DNA of 64,000 bases from Eledone cirrhosa (GCA_964016885.1 OZ024742.1:362762001-362826000), one strand, 5' to 3'; positions 39,272 to 53,322 are shown, counted from the stretch's first letter. Numbers and translations are program-made. The notes: generated by a model from the sequence alone, not told the origin.

Positions 39272-40252
39272 GGCTTCTACATAACCTGGACATAATTTTC
39301 CCAACTTGTAGAAAATTTATAATGAAACAATTGTTTGGAAAGGGAGATGTATTTTAATTATGTCTCATATAAAATAATACAACTGGCTATCCGCAAAATA
39401 CATATAGTTAGCACCCCAAACGTAAAATTGGGATTATACTAAGGTATATCCTAATGTTTGTTGAGTGAGATAGAAGCCAGTCAGATTATTGCTTAAAGCT
39501 TTCTCTTTTAATGTATTAAATATTATACTCTTGATTTGGCCAGAGATGAATATTTCCAGATACCTTTTAAGTGTAACTTTCCGTATTTATTATTTGTATG
39601 AAATATTGATTGTTATTCTGGTATCTCATCTCTGTTTTTAGCCTAAGAAAATACCTATATGCGTGTATAAATAATACATGCATATATTTATTTTTTAAAA
39701 TCTAATTGAGTTCTTCACACGCAAGGTTAAAATTATTGAAAGAATTAATTGACCCGCGTGCATATTATTTTCTTTTCTTTTGTTTTGCGATGACCCCCCC
39801 CCCCCTTTCCGCTTGATGACAGTGTGAAATTTCTCATTCTGAGACTGCTGGAATTTCAAATTTGGCTGTCATTCTGACACGGAGGGTGACCATCGCTGAA
39901 CATTGGATATCGGTAAGAACATTTTTTTATATCGATGTTTGACGGGTATCCACTGATGATTTATAAGTGCCCACCTGCATATATTCATACGGACTATGTG
40001 TAGGCTTCTACATAACCTGGACATAATTTTCCCAACTTGTAGAAAACTTATAATGAAACAATTGTTTGGAAAGAGAGATGTATTTTAATTATGTCTCATA
40101 TAAAATAATACAACTGGCTATCCGCAAAATTCATATAGTTAGCACCCCAAACGTAAAATTGGGATTATACTAAGGTATATCCTAATGTTTGTTGAGTGAG
40201 ATGGAAGCCAGTCAGAGTATTGCTTAAAGCTTTCTCTGTTAATGTATTAAAT
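39272..40252 (+). mobile_element. non-autonomous hammerhead-bearing partial-tandem element (731-bp period)
   Basis: Direct repeats 39272-39522 and 40003-40252. No ORF. (TA)n on both sides. A second copy lies at 62036-62355(-). Confidence 0.8.
39949..40070 (+). ncRNA. type I hammerhead ribozyme with ~95-nt stem II region
   Basis: TCCA-CTGATGA-T-TTATAAGT...ACTTATAA-T-GAAA-CAATTG-TT-TGGA. Confidence 0.8.
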
Positions 40253-40264
40253 ATATATATATAT

Positions 40265-41020
40265 ATTTCATTAACAAATTCCAACCTCTACTTAATGCTC
40301 TAAAAATCGGACCAATCTAAAACTGCAACAAACAATCAAACATTTACAAGAGTTACCTCACTCACACCCTAACTGATCCTTTTTCTTAAATAAATTAAAT
40401 AGCATCTAGCAAGAATTGCTTCCCCCTGCATATTAACTCTCTAAAAAGGTAAATCATATCAAACCTCAGTCCACCATTTGCCTCCATCATGGAATCATAG
40501 ATCAACTAAGCACTCTTGCTATATTAACACATTTTGATGTGCTTAACTTCAAGAACTATGCTTGTAAATAACATTAGTTTTTCTTCCATATTGACATTTT
40601 ATGCTCTACATTATTTCCGTTTTCTTTTTCTTTTTTCTTTTTTTTTTCTTTTTTCTTTTTTCTTTTTTCTTTTTTCTTTTTTCTTTTTTCTTTTCACTTT
40701 TCACTTCATAAACCTAGTTTGTAAACAACATTATTCTTTCTGCACCTTCTCTTTAACATGTGTGACACCGCACTAATACATTTCACTATCATTTGATAAT
40801 GCATAAAAATGCTGAAACCGGTAATAGACAATTATTAAATATATAAGTAGATAAATAAATGCCATTGTTAAATAATAAATAAATCAACTAATACCTTAAG
40901 ACTTCACATAAAGTAAAACATTTCGTTTTAATCATTTTCTAACCCAGAAAAAAGATAGAGAGAAACAAAAAAGGAAAAAAAAAAATGTTTTCTTCCTAAT
41001 AATCGCCTCTTTCTCCCTGT

Positions 41021-41026
<6 letters not shown>
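40265..41026 (+). mobile_element. 5'-truncated Neptune-like PLE 3' end
   Basis: Begins FINKFQPLLNALKIGPI*, compare FLNKFKPKLNGL at the end of ORF 12262-14109. U3-A8 hammerhead at 40786-40827 (TTGATAA-T-GCAT aaaa ATGC-T-GAAA-CCGG-TA). Confidence 0.65.
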
Positions 41027-41056
<30 letters not shown>

Positions 41057-41111
41057 CAGGGAGAAAGAGACGATTATTAGGAAGAAAAATATTTTTTTTT
41101 CCTCTTTTGTT

Positions 41112-41143
<32 letters not shown>

Positions 41144-41179
41144 TATATATGTGTATATATGTATATATAAATGTATATA

Positions 41180-41212
<33 letters not shown>

Positions 41213-41218
<6 letters not shown>

Positions 41219-41782
41219 GACGTAAAATAAGAAAATTATGAAAATTAACTTACTTACAAAAATTTCACTCCAACTAATTAGTTTCTGAAAGGGAATAAAT
41301 ATGGTTTCCGGATGGAACATGGAGAATACCTTTCGTCATCAGGAAGTCAATTCTCAGCTAAGTTCCCAGGCGATGCGTGGACACAGGGAACTTATACAAA
41401 AATAATTCAGTGGATGGAAAAAAGCAAGCGAGGACTAAATTCCAAGACATTGAACAAATCACTGCCTACTTCGTCGGTGGCAAATTCAAAAGAATCAAAC
41501 ACGTGACATCGAGGTTAATCAGTGAGGAGTGGGGTGTTAAGAAGACAGTAGCCGGACTATTACTATGAACTATAGTAGTAGTCTTGGCAAATTTTTGCTC
41601 AACAAAATAATTTGGAGATAATTATAAAGAATTAGTATATCTTATTTTCCTATTTTACGTCTTTCATATAATTGTTCTGCATCCCCTTGCATTGAACCAC
41701 AAAGTTATTATGACAAAACCTATATATTTGGTAGAATAGGTATGCATCTGTATATATATGTTGGTAGATATACTAATTCTTT
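41213..41782 (-). mobile_element. short PLE-type element with hammerhead and inverted end
   Basis: 41212-41236 is an inverted copy of 41644-41668. Flanked by (TA)n. Confidence 0.6.
41267..41347 (-). ncRNA. type I hammerhead ribozyme with extended stem II
   Basis: Reverse strand reads ACTTC-CTGATGA-C-GAAAGG..ATGTTCC atcc GGAAACCAT..CCTTTC-A-GAAA-CTAATTAG-TT-GGAGT. Confidence 0.78.
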
Positions 41783-41821
41783 ATATATATATATATAGAC
41801 AGGTAACATTATATATATATA

Positions 41822-41884
<63 letters not shown>

Positions 41885-41887
<3 letters not shown>

Positions 41888-42153
41888 GTTTCCTGTCTCG
41901 AGCTCACCAGGCCGGTGTTTATGCGACTGACAATAAAAGCCTCCGACCTGGACGAGTGTTCCTTTGTGTATTAATGTGTGCATTTGTGTTTGTGTTGGAC
42001 CTCCCTTCGTTCCGACGGTGAGCGATGCAGTTGTTTAATAAAGGAAATAGCCTCATCCTGTAATTAACATGCAAGTGACACTAGTATCTTTAAATCAATT
42101 CTCTACTATATTCAGCGTGACACGGTGTATAACAAGGTTAATCTTTAAATCAT
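41885..42153 (-). repeat. inverted duplicate of 38957-39242 (SINE tail + adjacent sequence)
   Basis: AATGTTTCCTGTCTCGAG...CACGGTGTATAACAAGGTTAAT is the reverse complement of the DNA immediately left of the (TA)n at 39243. Confidence 0.88.
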
Positions 42154-42211
42154 GATTTCCAGAAATAGCCATCGAAACGGCTTGAGCTCTGCCGTCGGGG
42201 TCATACATTTT

Positions 42212-42263
<52 letters not shown>

Positions 42264-42564
42264 CATATATATTTACATATATTCATATATATTTACAGAT
42301 ATATATTTAGACATACACACATATATATGTAATGTATATGTATATCACTAGAGCACTCTTATATGGTATTCCGGTCAGTAGGTGCTGCAGACCTTCATGT
42401 CAACGGAAGATTGCCATTCATTTTATTTTCAGATAATTATGTATGTTTGTATACACATGAATATATATATGTATAAACATACACACATACATATCCAGCC
42501 ATACATATGCACATATTAACACATATATACTCACCCATACATATACACTTCAAACACACGATCA

Positions 42565-42657
<93 letters not shown>

Positions 42658-42932
42658 ATGTGTAAAAGTTCTATTTAAATTGTTGGGATACAACAAGCAA
42701 ATATTTTTATAACTGATATAAAGCACTCAACAAATAATTGGAGTAAAACTATCCGGGAGCTCCCAACAGTAATGGTTGCATTCTTTAAGGGTATGTCAAT
42801 ATTTATTTATAAAACTGCTCTATATTATATTTTATTTGATGAAAGCACACCATAATTTAACTTGGTGTCCTTGAAATATGTATAATGAAATAAATATGGT
42901 TTTATAAATATAGTTTCCATTTGTTAATATCG

Positions 42933-43001
<69 letters not shown>

Positions 43002-43125
43002 AAAATTAAATTAAGGTTGTCATGCCTAAGAAACATGCGCCATATTCACTGCAGAATAAGCTCAAAGATTCCAATGAACAGATCTGAGCATTTTATATCA
43101 ACTTATGTGCCAATCTATTTCTAGT

Positions 43126-43185
<60 letters not shown>

Positions 43186-43186
<1 letters not shown>

Positions 43187-44024
43187 GTAGATAAATCTAC
43201 CAAGAGTTTACGGTAGTGTCCAATCCGTATGAAGAACTCAATGTATTCCGGACATCATGGAAAGAAGAGATGTAATGAAAATCCAATTTCGGTGAAAGAT
43301 AAACGGTATACAGAGTCAAGATAAAATATTAAACAAATAATGAACAAACAATTCCTTATATTAAACAAAAAAAGTTCACTATTTAACGATCGTTTCTAGG
43401 GTATATATGTGTTATAATTGGTATGCATATTTAACAGATCTATGTACAAAATTATACAAAATTATACAAATTATCAAGATTAAATATACATACCTAACTC
43501 ATATATACGCCGTCTTCAGAAATAATGAAGTATATTTATTGATAATAACAACAATTCAAAATATCAGTTCAAAATTGACCAATGAAAACACAAAGGGTTA
43601 AAAAGCAGTTTGGTGTGTGTATATACATGTAAAACCCTACACACATTTTACAATAATGTGTGTATAATTTGTATGTGCATACTAAAAAGATGGATGCAAA
43701 TAAAAAATTTCAAGGTTAATATCTCTGTAAGCTTAATGCGCTGATAAGATACGCAATGATACTTATGGAGTCAAGCATATAAATATATTTTTTTCATACT
43801 CACACATATCAGTATAATCACACATACATGTGCGTATATATATAAATATACACATAACCACGAACACACAAACACACACACTCCCCCACTCACATTTATA
43901 TATGTGGATATAAAATCATAAGCAAATAGAAATTAAGTCACTCACATAAACACACTGGTACACACATTTCAAGATCAAGATACAGAAATTAGGTGGGAGG
44001 GGGGGGGAGGGGTCAGTATTAGGT
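43186..44024 (-). mobile_element. extra inverted pLTR of the Naiad-type PLE carrying the longer 3' tail
   Basis: 43321-44024 matches 45436-46139. 43186-43320 is additional tail ending at (TA)n. Hammerhead at 43375-43529(-). Confidence 0.85.
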
Positions 44025-46412
44025 ATTAGGTATTTTACGTTTGGTGTTCAAACCCAACATGGTCAAGAGAAATACCAGTAAAATACTCGGGTAGAGATAC
44101 ACAACGTTCCCCTTCAATTAGAAATATTTTCCAAGATGGTAAAGGGTTGAGGATCGACAAAGTCGGTAGAGCGTCCGACAAAGATTTAGCAGTATTTGTT
44201 CCCAATCTTTACTTTCTGAGTTCAAATCCAACCTAGGTCAACTTTACTTCTCATCCTTCCAAGGTCTATAAAATAAAATAACCGTTAATTATTGGTGTCG
44301 AAATAATCAACTTTCCCTTCCTCCAATATTGAGTCCTTGGGCCTAATTTAGAAAACAAAATAAAAACATCAGAATGGCTAATTTAAAAGCCTGTATTCCA
44401 GCAACCCAGTGGGCTGTTTCATTCTTTCAAATTAAATCTGTCCTCACTAGACATACACACTTCGACTCACACACATATGTTTCCCTTTTTATTATATACA
44501 TATTCAAACACGCCTTTCACTACATAAACTTACATTCATGCACACACATACATCCCACTAAGCACACATACATACATCCCACTAAGCACACTTACTTTCA
44601 CGCCCACTCATGCATATAACATACACTTTTTCCTAGATATTTCACAACGCGCCCGCTCGAAATTTTAACGTATTTTCATTGCATTAAATCTGTAAAGATA
44701 TCATCCTCGGTCGTTCCTTTACGTCTCTCACAGAGATATTCCCTTGATAATGGGTTTTTAAATTTGCTAAGGTAAGAATCTATTTTTATCTTACCAATTT
44801 TAATTTTCTAGCGACAATTTTGAGGCGGAGAGAGTCGACTAAATCGACCCCAGGACATTACTGGTACTTTGTTTTATCAACCCCGCAAGGATAAAAGACA
44901 AAGCTAACCTCAGCAGGATTTTAACTAAGATCGTAAAGGGTCGTAACTCTATGTCATAAAGTATGTTGTCAGACGCCTTATCGATACTGCCAATCCATCG
45001 CACTCAAAAAACCTTTATTATATTAAATCATGTTGAAAGATTTTATTTAAAACGGTCATTTTAAAATGTGTAGTTTTGATTTATACAACAGAGACCTGTT
45101 TAAAACTTCATTTTTAGGCCATGCTGGAGCACTGCCAAGAATAAAAATTGTGTTTATAACGTCTGTTAGTTACGATACTGAAGATTTTATTGCACTGTTT
45201 TTGTTTTCATTTTTGTTTTTCTTATTTACTTCCAATGTTTATATACTCTTCACGGTTGACTGTTCATGGTTGGTTGTTTACTATGTGTAGTTCTAGAGGT
45301 GTATGTTATGGAAAGATTTATTTCCATTCTCCATTTGCCTCTTATCTTTTGGAAATATATATGTGTGTGTTCGTGTGTATGTATACATGCATGTATATAT
45401 ATATATATACATTGATATATATATATATATATATATAAAATATTAAACAAATAATGAACAAACAATTCCTTATATTAAACAAAAAAAGTTCACTATTTAA
45501 CGATCGTTTCTAGGGTATATATGTGTTATAATTGGTATGCATATTTAACAGATCTATGTACAAAATTATACAAAATTATACAAATTATCAAGATTAAATA
45601 TACATACCTAACTCATATATACGCCGTCTTCAGAAATAATGAAGTATATTTATTGATAATAACAACAATTCAAAATATCAGTTCAAAATTGACCAATGAA
45701 AACACAAAGGGTTAAAAAGCAGTTTGGTGTGTGTATATACATGTAAAACCCTACACACATTTTACAATAATGTGTGTATAATTTGTATGTGCATACTAAA
45801 AAGATGGATGCAAATAAAAAATTTCAAGGTTAATATCTCTGTAAGCTTAATGCGCTGATAAGATACGCAATGATACTTATGGAGTCAAGCATATAAATAT
45901 ATTTTTTTCATACTCACACATATCAGTATAATCACACATACATGTGCGTATATATATAAATATACACATAACCACGAACACACAAACACACACACTCCCC
46001 CACTCACATTTATATATGTGGATATAAAATCATAAGCAAATAGAAATTAAGTCACTCACATAAACACACTGGTACACACATTTCAAGATCAAGATACAGA
46101 AATTAGGTGGGAGGGGGGGGGGAGGGGTCAGTATTAGGTTGTCAGACCAGACAGCCTAATATAAATGTATCTATAAATTATGAAAAATAAAAAAATAAAA
46201 ACAATAAAATATATTACATATAATATAATGTACATACGCATACAGATATACATACACATACATACATGTACGCGCACATAGAGATATCTACACATACATA
46301 CATACACACATACCTATACTGTCATACACACACATACATTTACACGAACATACACATACACATATAAAAAGATAAAAATACAGACACACACACGCGCAAT
46401 ACATACACACAT

Positions 46413-46461
<49 letters not shown>

Positions 46462-46572
46462 TATACACACGCACATAGACTCATATATATATACACATAC
46501 ACATACATATACTTATACATAAACATATATATCCCACACTCATACCACCATGAGAACACATACAAACATCCA

Positions 46573-46615
<43 letters not shown>

Positions 46616-46832
46616 ACATACACACACGTACACATATATGCATATATACATACATATATACACACATACACATATATATATACACACACACATAAAATAC
46701 AGACATGCACATATATATATATATATATATATATATTTCATTACTCTTATATATACACATAGTATATATACATACACAACCTCACTTATACACATATACA
46801 CATAAGTTATATTACAATAATAATAAAGAATA

Positions 46833-46863
<31 letters not shown>

Positions 46864-47002
46864 TATACACACATATACACATATACATACACATACATAC
46901 ATATATATACATACATACACATACATACATACACCTAAATATAAACATATATAAATACACACATACGAATAAAGACATATATTCACACATAGACACCTAT
47001 AT

Positions 47003-47044
<42 letters not shown>

Positions 47045-47072
47045 ATATACACACACATACACATACATACAC

Positions 47073-47108
<36 letters not shown>

Positions 47109-47130
47109 GCACACACATACAGACACACAT

Positions 47131-47166
<36 letters not shown>

Positions 47167-48892
47167 GTGTATGTGAGTGTGCGCAAATACATACATATAT
47201 ATACATACACACATACAAACACACACAAACACATACAAATGCATACGTGCACACACACACACATATATCACATAGATACGAAGATAAACATATAAATAGA
47301 GAGACATACAAATATATACAGAACCCATATACACATACATACAAACACGCATATACATATATATACATATATACACACATATATATTCCTATATACAAGC
47401 ATACACATACACACACATATATACATATACATACACATATATATATCACACATTCACATACACGTACATATATAATATACATATATATACATATATATAC
47501 ATACATATGTATGTACAATCATATATACACACTCAATCTTACATTCATATTTACATGCTCATATATGTATTTTTATATTTAGAAATAAATACCAAAAAAA
47601 CTATATAGAACCCATCTACACATATATTCATACATATACACTTACAAAAACAGATGATAATAGTATGGGGGAAAGGGGGGGGTTTGGAGAAGGGGATCAA
47701 AGTAAATATATGTTTCAAGAAACCTATAATATTTTCCATATCTTAATTCAATGTATGTTCTTACATATTTTCAGTGCTAGGAAATACGAAATCTATGCAT
47801 CACAAAATAAAAAAGTATACCATTAATCATATGTCAACTAAACCAAAGATAGTCAACATATTGATTTCCAAGGTGTAAATTAGTTAGGTTTATAATATTT
47901 GAAGCAGAATTATGAAGTCAAACAGTAGTAGATTATTAATTACATTATAACTAAATTAAAGTTAATAACGTTATGGTATCAATATTAGGAGATGAATTTA
48001 GTAATAGGGAAAAGAAACCCAAATAAAAATAAAATAAAGTATTACATCGGTAGTAGCATATAAATTATATGTTAACTAAGTTAAAAATTATATATTTATT
48101 TCAATAGTATATGTTAATTAGTATATGTTAATTAGGTATACAATACATAAAGCAGATATTGTATTTCATCAATAGCATAATATAATTATATGCAAATAAA
48201 AATCAAAATTAATACGCATACACATACATATACATACACATACACATACATATACATATACATACACATATATATATATATATATACATATATATACACA
48301 TACATACATATATAGTCACATAAATATACATACAGATACACATACAATACATACATATACATATACATATAGATATACATATCTTTTTCAAAAAATTTGC
48401 ACAGAATATATTAACTAGGTATATATCCAAAAACACTTCCCATTCTATGATTACATGAAATTCTGCAATTCGTCTGTACAAGGATACTAATTTTAAGCAA
48501 ATTAAAATTAAAATTAAAGTTTTAGGTTGATTAAAGCTAAAACCAAATAATAAATATATTTCCAAAATGTATATTAATTAGGTCAATAATACTAAAAATT
48601 CTTTCTCCGTCATAGGATACATGATATTATTTTGTTATATTTTATCTGTAAAAGAATTATAATAAAAAAAATTATAATAAAAGGTTAAACTAAATTAAAA
48701 AATTATAATAAAAGGTTAAAATAAGTTAAAATTAATCTATAAATTAAATTACTGAATATATATTAGTAATATTTAAAGGTTTTTCAAAATTAATGATTAC
48801 ATAATATTTTCTCATCTGTAATAAAATATTAATTAAATTAAATTTATAGGTTAACTAACATTTAAATTAAATTAAATTCTAGAATAATGTTA

Positions 48893-49937
48893 TTAATTAG
48901 GTTTATAATATTTAAATGTTTTTTTTAGTTTATGATTACACGATATAATTAATTCCTGTCTTTTATTTAATAAGATATCCCTAGACTTCATTATTTCAAA
49001 TAGTTCTTGGGAACATAATCTACATTCCTTTCTATTATTTTGATAAGGGGTGGCTCTTTTGAGCACACTCCAGGTCAAATCATATTTTATATTTTTATTT
49101 TTATAACTATTGATTTTTTCTGCTAGAGATGTTGTATTAGCCAGTGCGGCATTTTTAAAGCTATGTTTGTGGGTATTATACCTTGTCTTAAAATTGTTAG
49201 AGGTAGCTCCTATATATGAGCAAATAGAATCTTTAGTTTTAACATTACATTTATAGACTATGTTGTTAACAAGACAATTCCCTTTTAATGGGCAGTTTGT
49301 TTTGTTTCTACAGTTACATCCTTTCGTTAATTCTGTATTTGAGGAGATATTATTGTTAATTTGATGTACTGGTGGTATACTTATAGTTTTCTTACATTTA
49401 TATGCATTATATGCACTTATATTTTGTTTTATGTTATTTGTTGTAGAATATGAGAATTTAACTGTAGACCTATTTAAGATTTGATGGTATTTGTGGTTTG
49501 GCGGGAAGTTTTTCTCAAGGATATAAAAAAATTTTTTAGCAATATTATCCTTAACTTGTAAATTAAAAGGAGCATTATACCAAGTAACCCGTCTATTACG
49601 GTTTCTATGTTGTTTATTATTTTTATTATTTTTATATGTTGTATCATGATTTTTACTAGGAGGAATAATGTTAATGATAACACCACAACTATTTTTAGTT
49701 ATATTTGTAGATTTAGGTGTTTTATCTTTTTTATTAGGAGTTTTATTATTAATATTTATTATAGTCTTATGATGAGTAGTTTTTTGAGGGTTACTATACT
49801 TTATATTAGAAGATTTAGTATTTTGGGGTATACTGTGGGTGGCATTTAGGTGTGTACTTTTCATTTGGTGTTTGTTGGTAATATTATGCTGTATGTTTTC
49901 AGTATTTTTAGTAGAAGTTATATACTCTAATCTATTT
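48893..49937 (-). pseudogene. inverted duplicate of Naiad-type linker + GIY-YIG
   Basis: Translation from NRLEYITS onward is identical to ORF 49839-51566. Confidence 0.92.
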
Positions 49938-51566
49938 GCTAAAAATAGATCTAATTTAACTTCGGATGACATTAACATTATTACACATGCTAGACAAACA
50001 CTTATTGAATTTCAGAATGAATACTGGACCAGAAACACTTATAGTAATCTTTTTGATATTACTATGGGTTCAAGCGATTCTGCCCAAATTACTGATCTTG
50101 TGGGCCTCTTTCTCCTTTTCAACATAAATGCCTCTTTTCCCCACCTCAAAGGTGGTTTATATCGTGATGACTGTCTTCTTCTTTCTAACAACCTTAGCCT
50201 TTCAGAAATCGAAAAAAACAAAAAGCATATTAGAACTTTCCTTAAAGACTATTATAATCTTAATATTACTTTTGAAAAAACAAGTAAAGTAGTAAATTTC
50301 CTAGATATAACTTTAGATTTAGCTACGGGTATATACCAACCTTACCATAAACCTAACCAAAACTTACATTACATACACTCACAATCTAATCACCCTAAAT
50401 CTATCCTTAAAAACCTTGCATATAATATATCACTTAGAATTTCTAACCTTTCTTCTAACCAAGATGTATTTGATAAAAATGCGACCTTTTATAATGAAGC
50501 TCTAGATAGAAGTGGCCACAAAAATAGATTAGAGTATATAACTTCTACTAAAAATACTGAAAACATACAGCATAATATTACCAACAAACACCAAATGAAA
50601 AGTACACACCTAAATGCCACCCACAGTATACCCCAAAATACTAAATCTTCTAATATAAAGTATAGTAACCCTCAAAAAACTACTCATCATAAGACTATAA
50701 TAAATATTAATAATAAAACTCCTAATAAAAAAGATAAAACACCTAAATCTACAAATATAACTAAAAATAGTTGTGGTGTTATCATTAACATTATTCCTCC
50801 TAGTAAAAATCATGATACAACATATAAAAATAATAAAAATAATAAACAACATAGAAACCGTAATAGACGGGTTACTTGGTATAATGCTCCTTTTAATTTA
50901 CAAGTTAAGGATAATATTGCTAAAAAATTTTTTTATATCCTTGAGAAAAACTTCCCGCCAAACCACAAATACCATCAAATCTTAAATAGGTCTACAGTTA
51001 AATTCTCATATTCTACAACAAATAACATAAAACAAAATATAAGTGCATATAATGCATATAAATGTAAGAAAACTATAAGTATACCACCAGTACATCAAAT
51101 TAACAATAATATCTCCTCAAATACAGAATTAACGAAAGGATGTAACTGTAGAAACAAAACAAACTGCCCATTAAAAGGGAATTGTCTTGTTAACAACATA
51201 GTCTATAAATGTAATGTTAAAACTAAAGATTCTATTTGCTCATATATAGGAGCTACCTCTAACAATTTTAAGACAAGGTATAATACCCACAAACATAGCT
51301 TTAAAAATGCCGCACTGGCTAATACAACATCTCTAGCAGAAAAAATCAATAGTTATAAAAATAAAAATATAAAATATGATTTGACCTGGAGTGTGCTCAA
51401 AAGAGCCACCCCTTATCAAAATAATAGAAAGGAATGTAGATTATGTTCCCAAGAACTATTTGAAATAATGAAGTCTAGGGATATCTTATTAAATAAAAGA
51501 CAGGAATTAATTATATCGTGTAATCATAAACTAAAAAAAACATTTAAATATTATAAACCTAATTAA
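49938..51566 (+). CDS. 5'-truncated Naiad-type PLE RT C-terminal half + GIY-YIG endonuclease
   Basis: FDITMGSSDSAQITDLVGL, GLYRDD, VNFLDITLDL, YHKPN..YIH..SNHP, WYNAPFN, CNCR..CPLKGNC, IVYKC..YIGAT..FKTRY..H..SF, CRLC..E, LLNKRQE..CNH. The listed start at 49839 lies within the inverted arm. Confidence 0.9.
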   Translation, partial: AKNRSNLTSDDINIITHARQTLIEFQNEYWTRNTYSNLFDITMGSSDSAQITDLVGLFLLFNINASFPHLKGGLYRDDCLLLSNNLSLSEIEKNKKHIRTFLKDYYNLNITFEKTSKVVNFLDITLDLATGIYQPYHKPNQNLHYIHSQSNHPKSILKNLAYNISLRISNLSSNQDVFDKNATFYNEALDRSGHKNRLEYITSTKNTENIQHNITNKHQMKSTHLNATHSIPQNTKSSNIKYSNPQKTTHHKTIININNKTPNKKDKTPKSTNITKNSCGVIINIIPPSKNHDTTYKNNKNNKQHRNRNRRVTWYNAPFNLQVKDNIAKKFFYILEKNFPPNHKYHQILNRSTVKFSYSTTNNIKQNISAYNAYKCKKTISIPPVHQINNNISSNTELTKGCNCRNKTNCPLKGNCLVNNIVYKCNVKTKDSICSYIGATSNNFKTRYNTHKHSFKNAALANTTSLAEKINSYKNKNIKYDLTWSVLKRATPYQNNRKECRLCSQELFEIMKSRDILLNKRQELIISCNHKLKKTFKYYKPN

Positions 51567-53286
51567 TAACATTATTCTAGAATTTAATTTAATTTAAATG
51601 TTAGTTAACCTATAAATTTAATTTAATTAATATTTTATTACAGATGAGAAAATATTATGTAATCATTAATTTTGAAAAACCTTTAAATATTACTAATATA
51701 TATTCAGTAATTTAATTTATAGATTAATTTTAACTTATTTTAACCTTTTATTATAATTTTTTAATTTAGTTTAACCTTTTATTATAATTTTTTTTATTAT
51801 AATTCTTTTACAGATAAAATATAACAAAATAATATCATGTATCCTATGACGGAGAAAGAATTTTTAGTATTATTGACCTAATTAATATACATTTTGGAAA
51901 TATATTTATTATTTGGTTTTAGCTTTAATCAACCTAAAACTTTAATTTTAATTTTAATTTGCTTAAAATTAGTATCCTTGTACAGACGAATTGCAGAATT
52001 TCATGTAATCATAGAATGGGAAGTGTTTTTGGATATATACCTAGTTAATATATTCTGTGCAAATTTTTTGAAAAAGATATGTATATCTATATGTATATGT
52101 ATATGTATGTATTGTATGTGTATCTGTATGTATATTTATGTGACTATATATGTATGTATGTGTATATATATGTATATATATATATATATATGTGTATGTA
52201 TATGTATATGTATGTGTATGTATATGTATGTGTATGCGTATTAATTTTGATTTTTATTTGCATATAATTATATTATGCTATTGATGAAATACAATATCTG
52301 CTTTATGTATTGTATACCTAATTAACATATACTAATTAACATATACTATTGAAATAAATATATAATTTTTAACTTAGTTAACATATAATTTATATGCTAC
52401 TACCGATGTAATACTTTATTTTATTTTTATTTGGGTTTCTTTTCCCTATTACTAAATTCATCTCCTAATATTGATACCATAACGTTATTAACTTTAATTT
52501 AGTTATAATGTAATTAATAATCTACTACTGTTTGACTTCATAATTCTGCTTCAAATATTATAAACCTAACTAATTTACACCTTGGAAATCAATATGTTGA
52601 CTATCTTTGGTTTAGTTGACATATGATTAATGGTATACTTTTTTATTTTGTGATGCATAGATTTCGTATTTCCTAGCACTGAAAATATGTAAGAACATAC
52701 ATTGAATTAAGATATGGAAAATATTATAGGTTTCTTGAAACATATATTTACTTTGATCCCCTTCTCCAAACCCCCCCCTTTCCCCCATACTATTATCATC
52801 TGTTTTTGTAAGTGTATATGTATGAATATATGTGTAGATGGGTTCTATATAGTTTTTTTGGTATTTATTTCTAAATATAAAAATACATATATGAGCATGT
52901 AAATATGAATGTAAGATTGAGTGTGTATATATGATTGTACATACATATGTATGTATATATATGTATATATATGTATATTATATATGTACGTGTATGTGAA
53001 TGTGTGATATATATATGTGTATGTATATGTATATATGTGTGTGTATGTGTATGCTTGTATATAGGAATATATATGTGTGTATATATGTATATATATGTAT
53101 ATGCGTGTTTGTATGTATGTGTATATGGGTTCTGTATATATTTGTATGTCTCTCTATTTATATGTTTATCTTCGTATCTATGTGATATATGTGTGTGTGT
53201 GTGCACGTATGCATTTGTATGTGTTTGTGTGTGTTTGTATGTGTGTATGTATATATATGTATGTATTTGCGCACACTCACATACAC

Positions 53287-53322
<36 letters not shown>

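Noticed and set aside
49839-49937. Hydrophobic, signal-like N-terminus of ORF 49839-51566
   Set aside because: It is the antisense reading of the inverted arm fused to the truncated RT, not a native domain.
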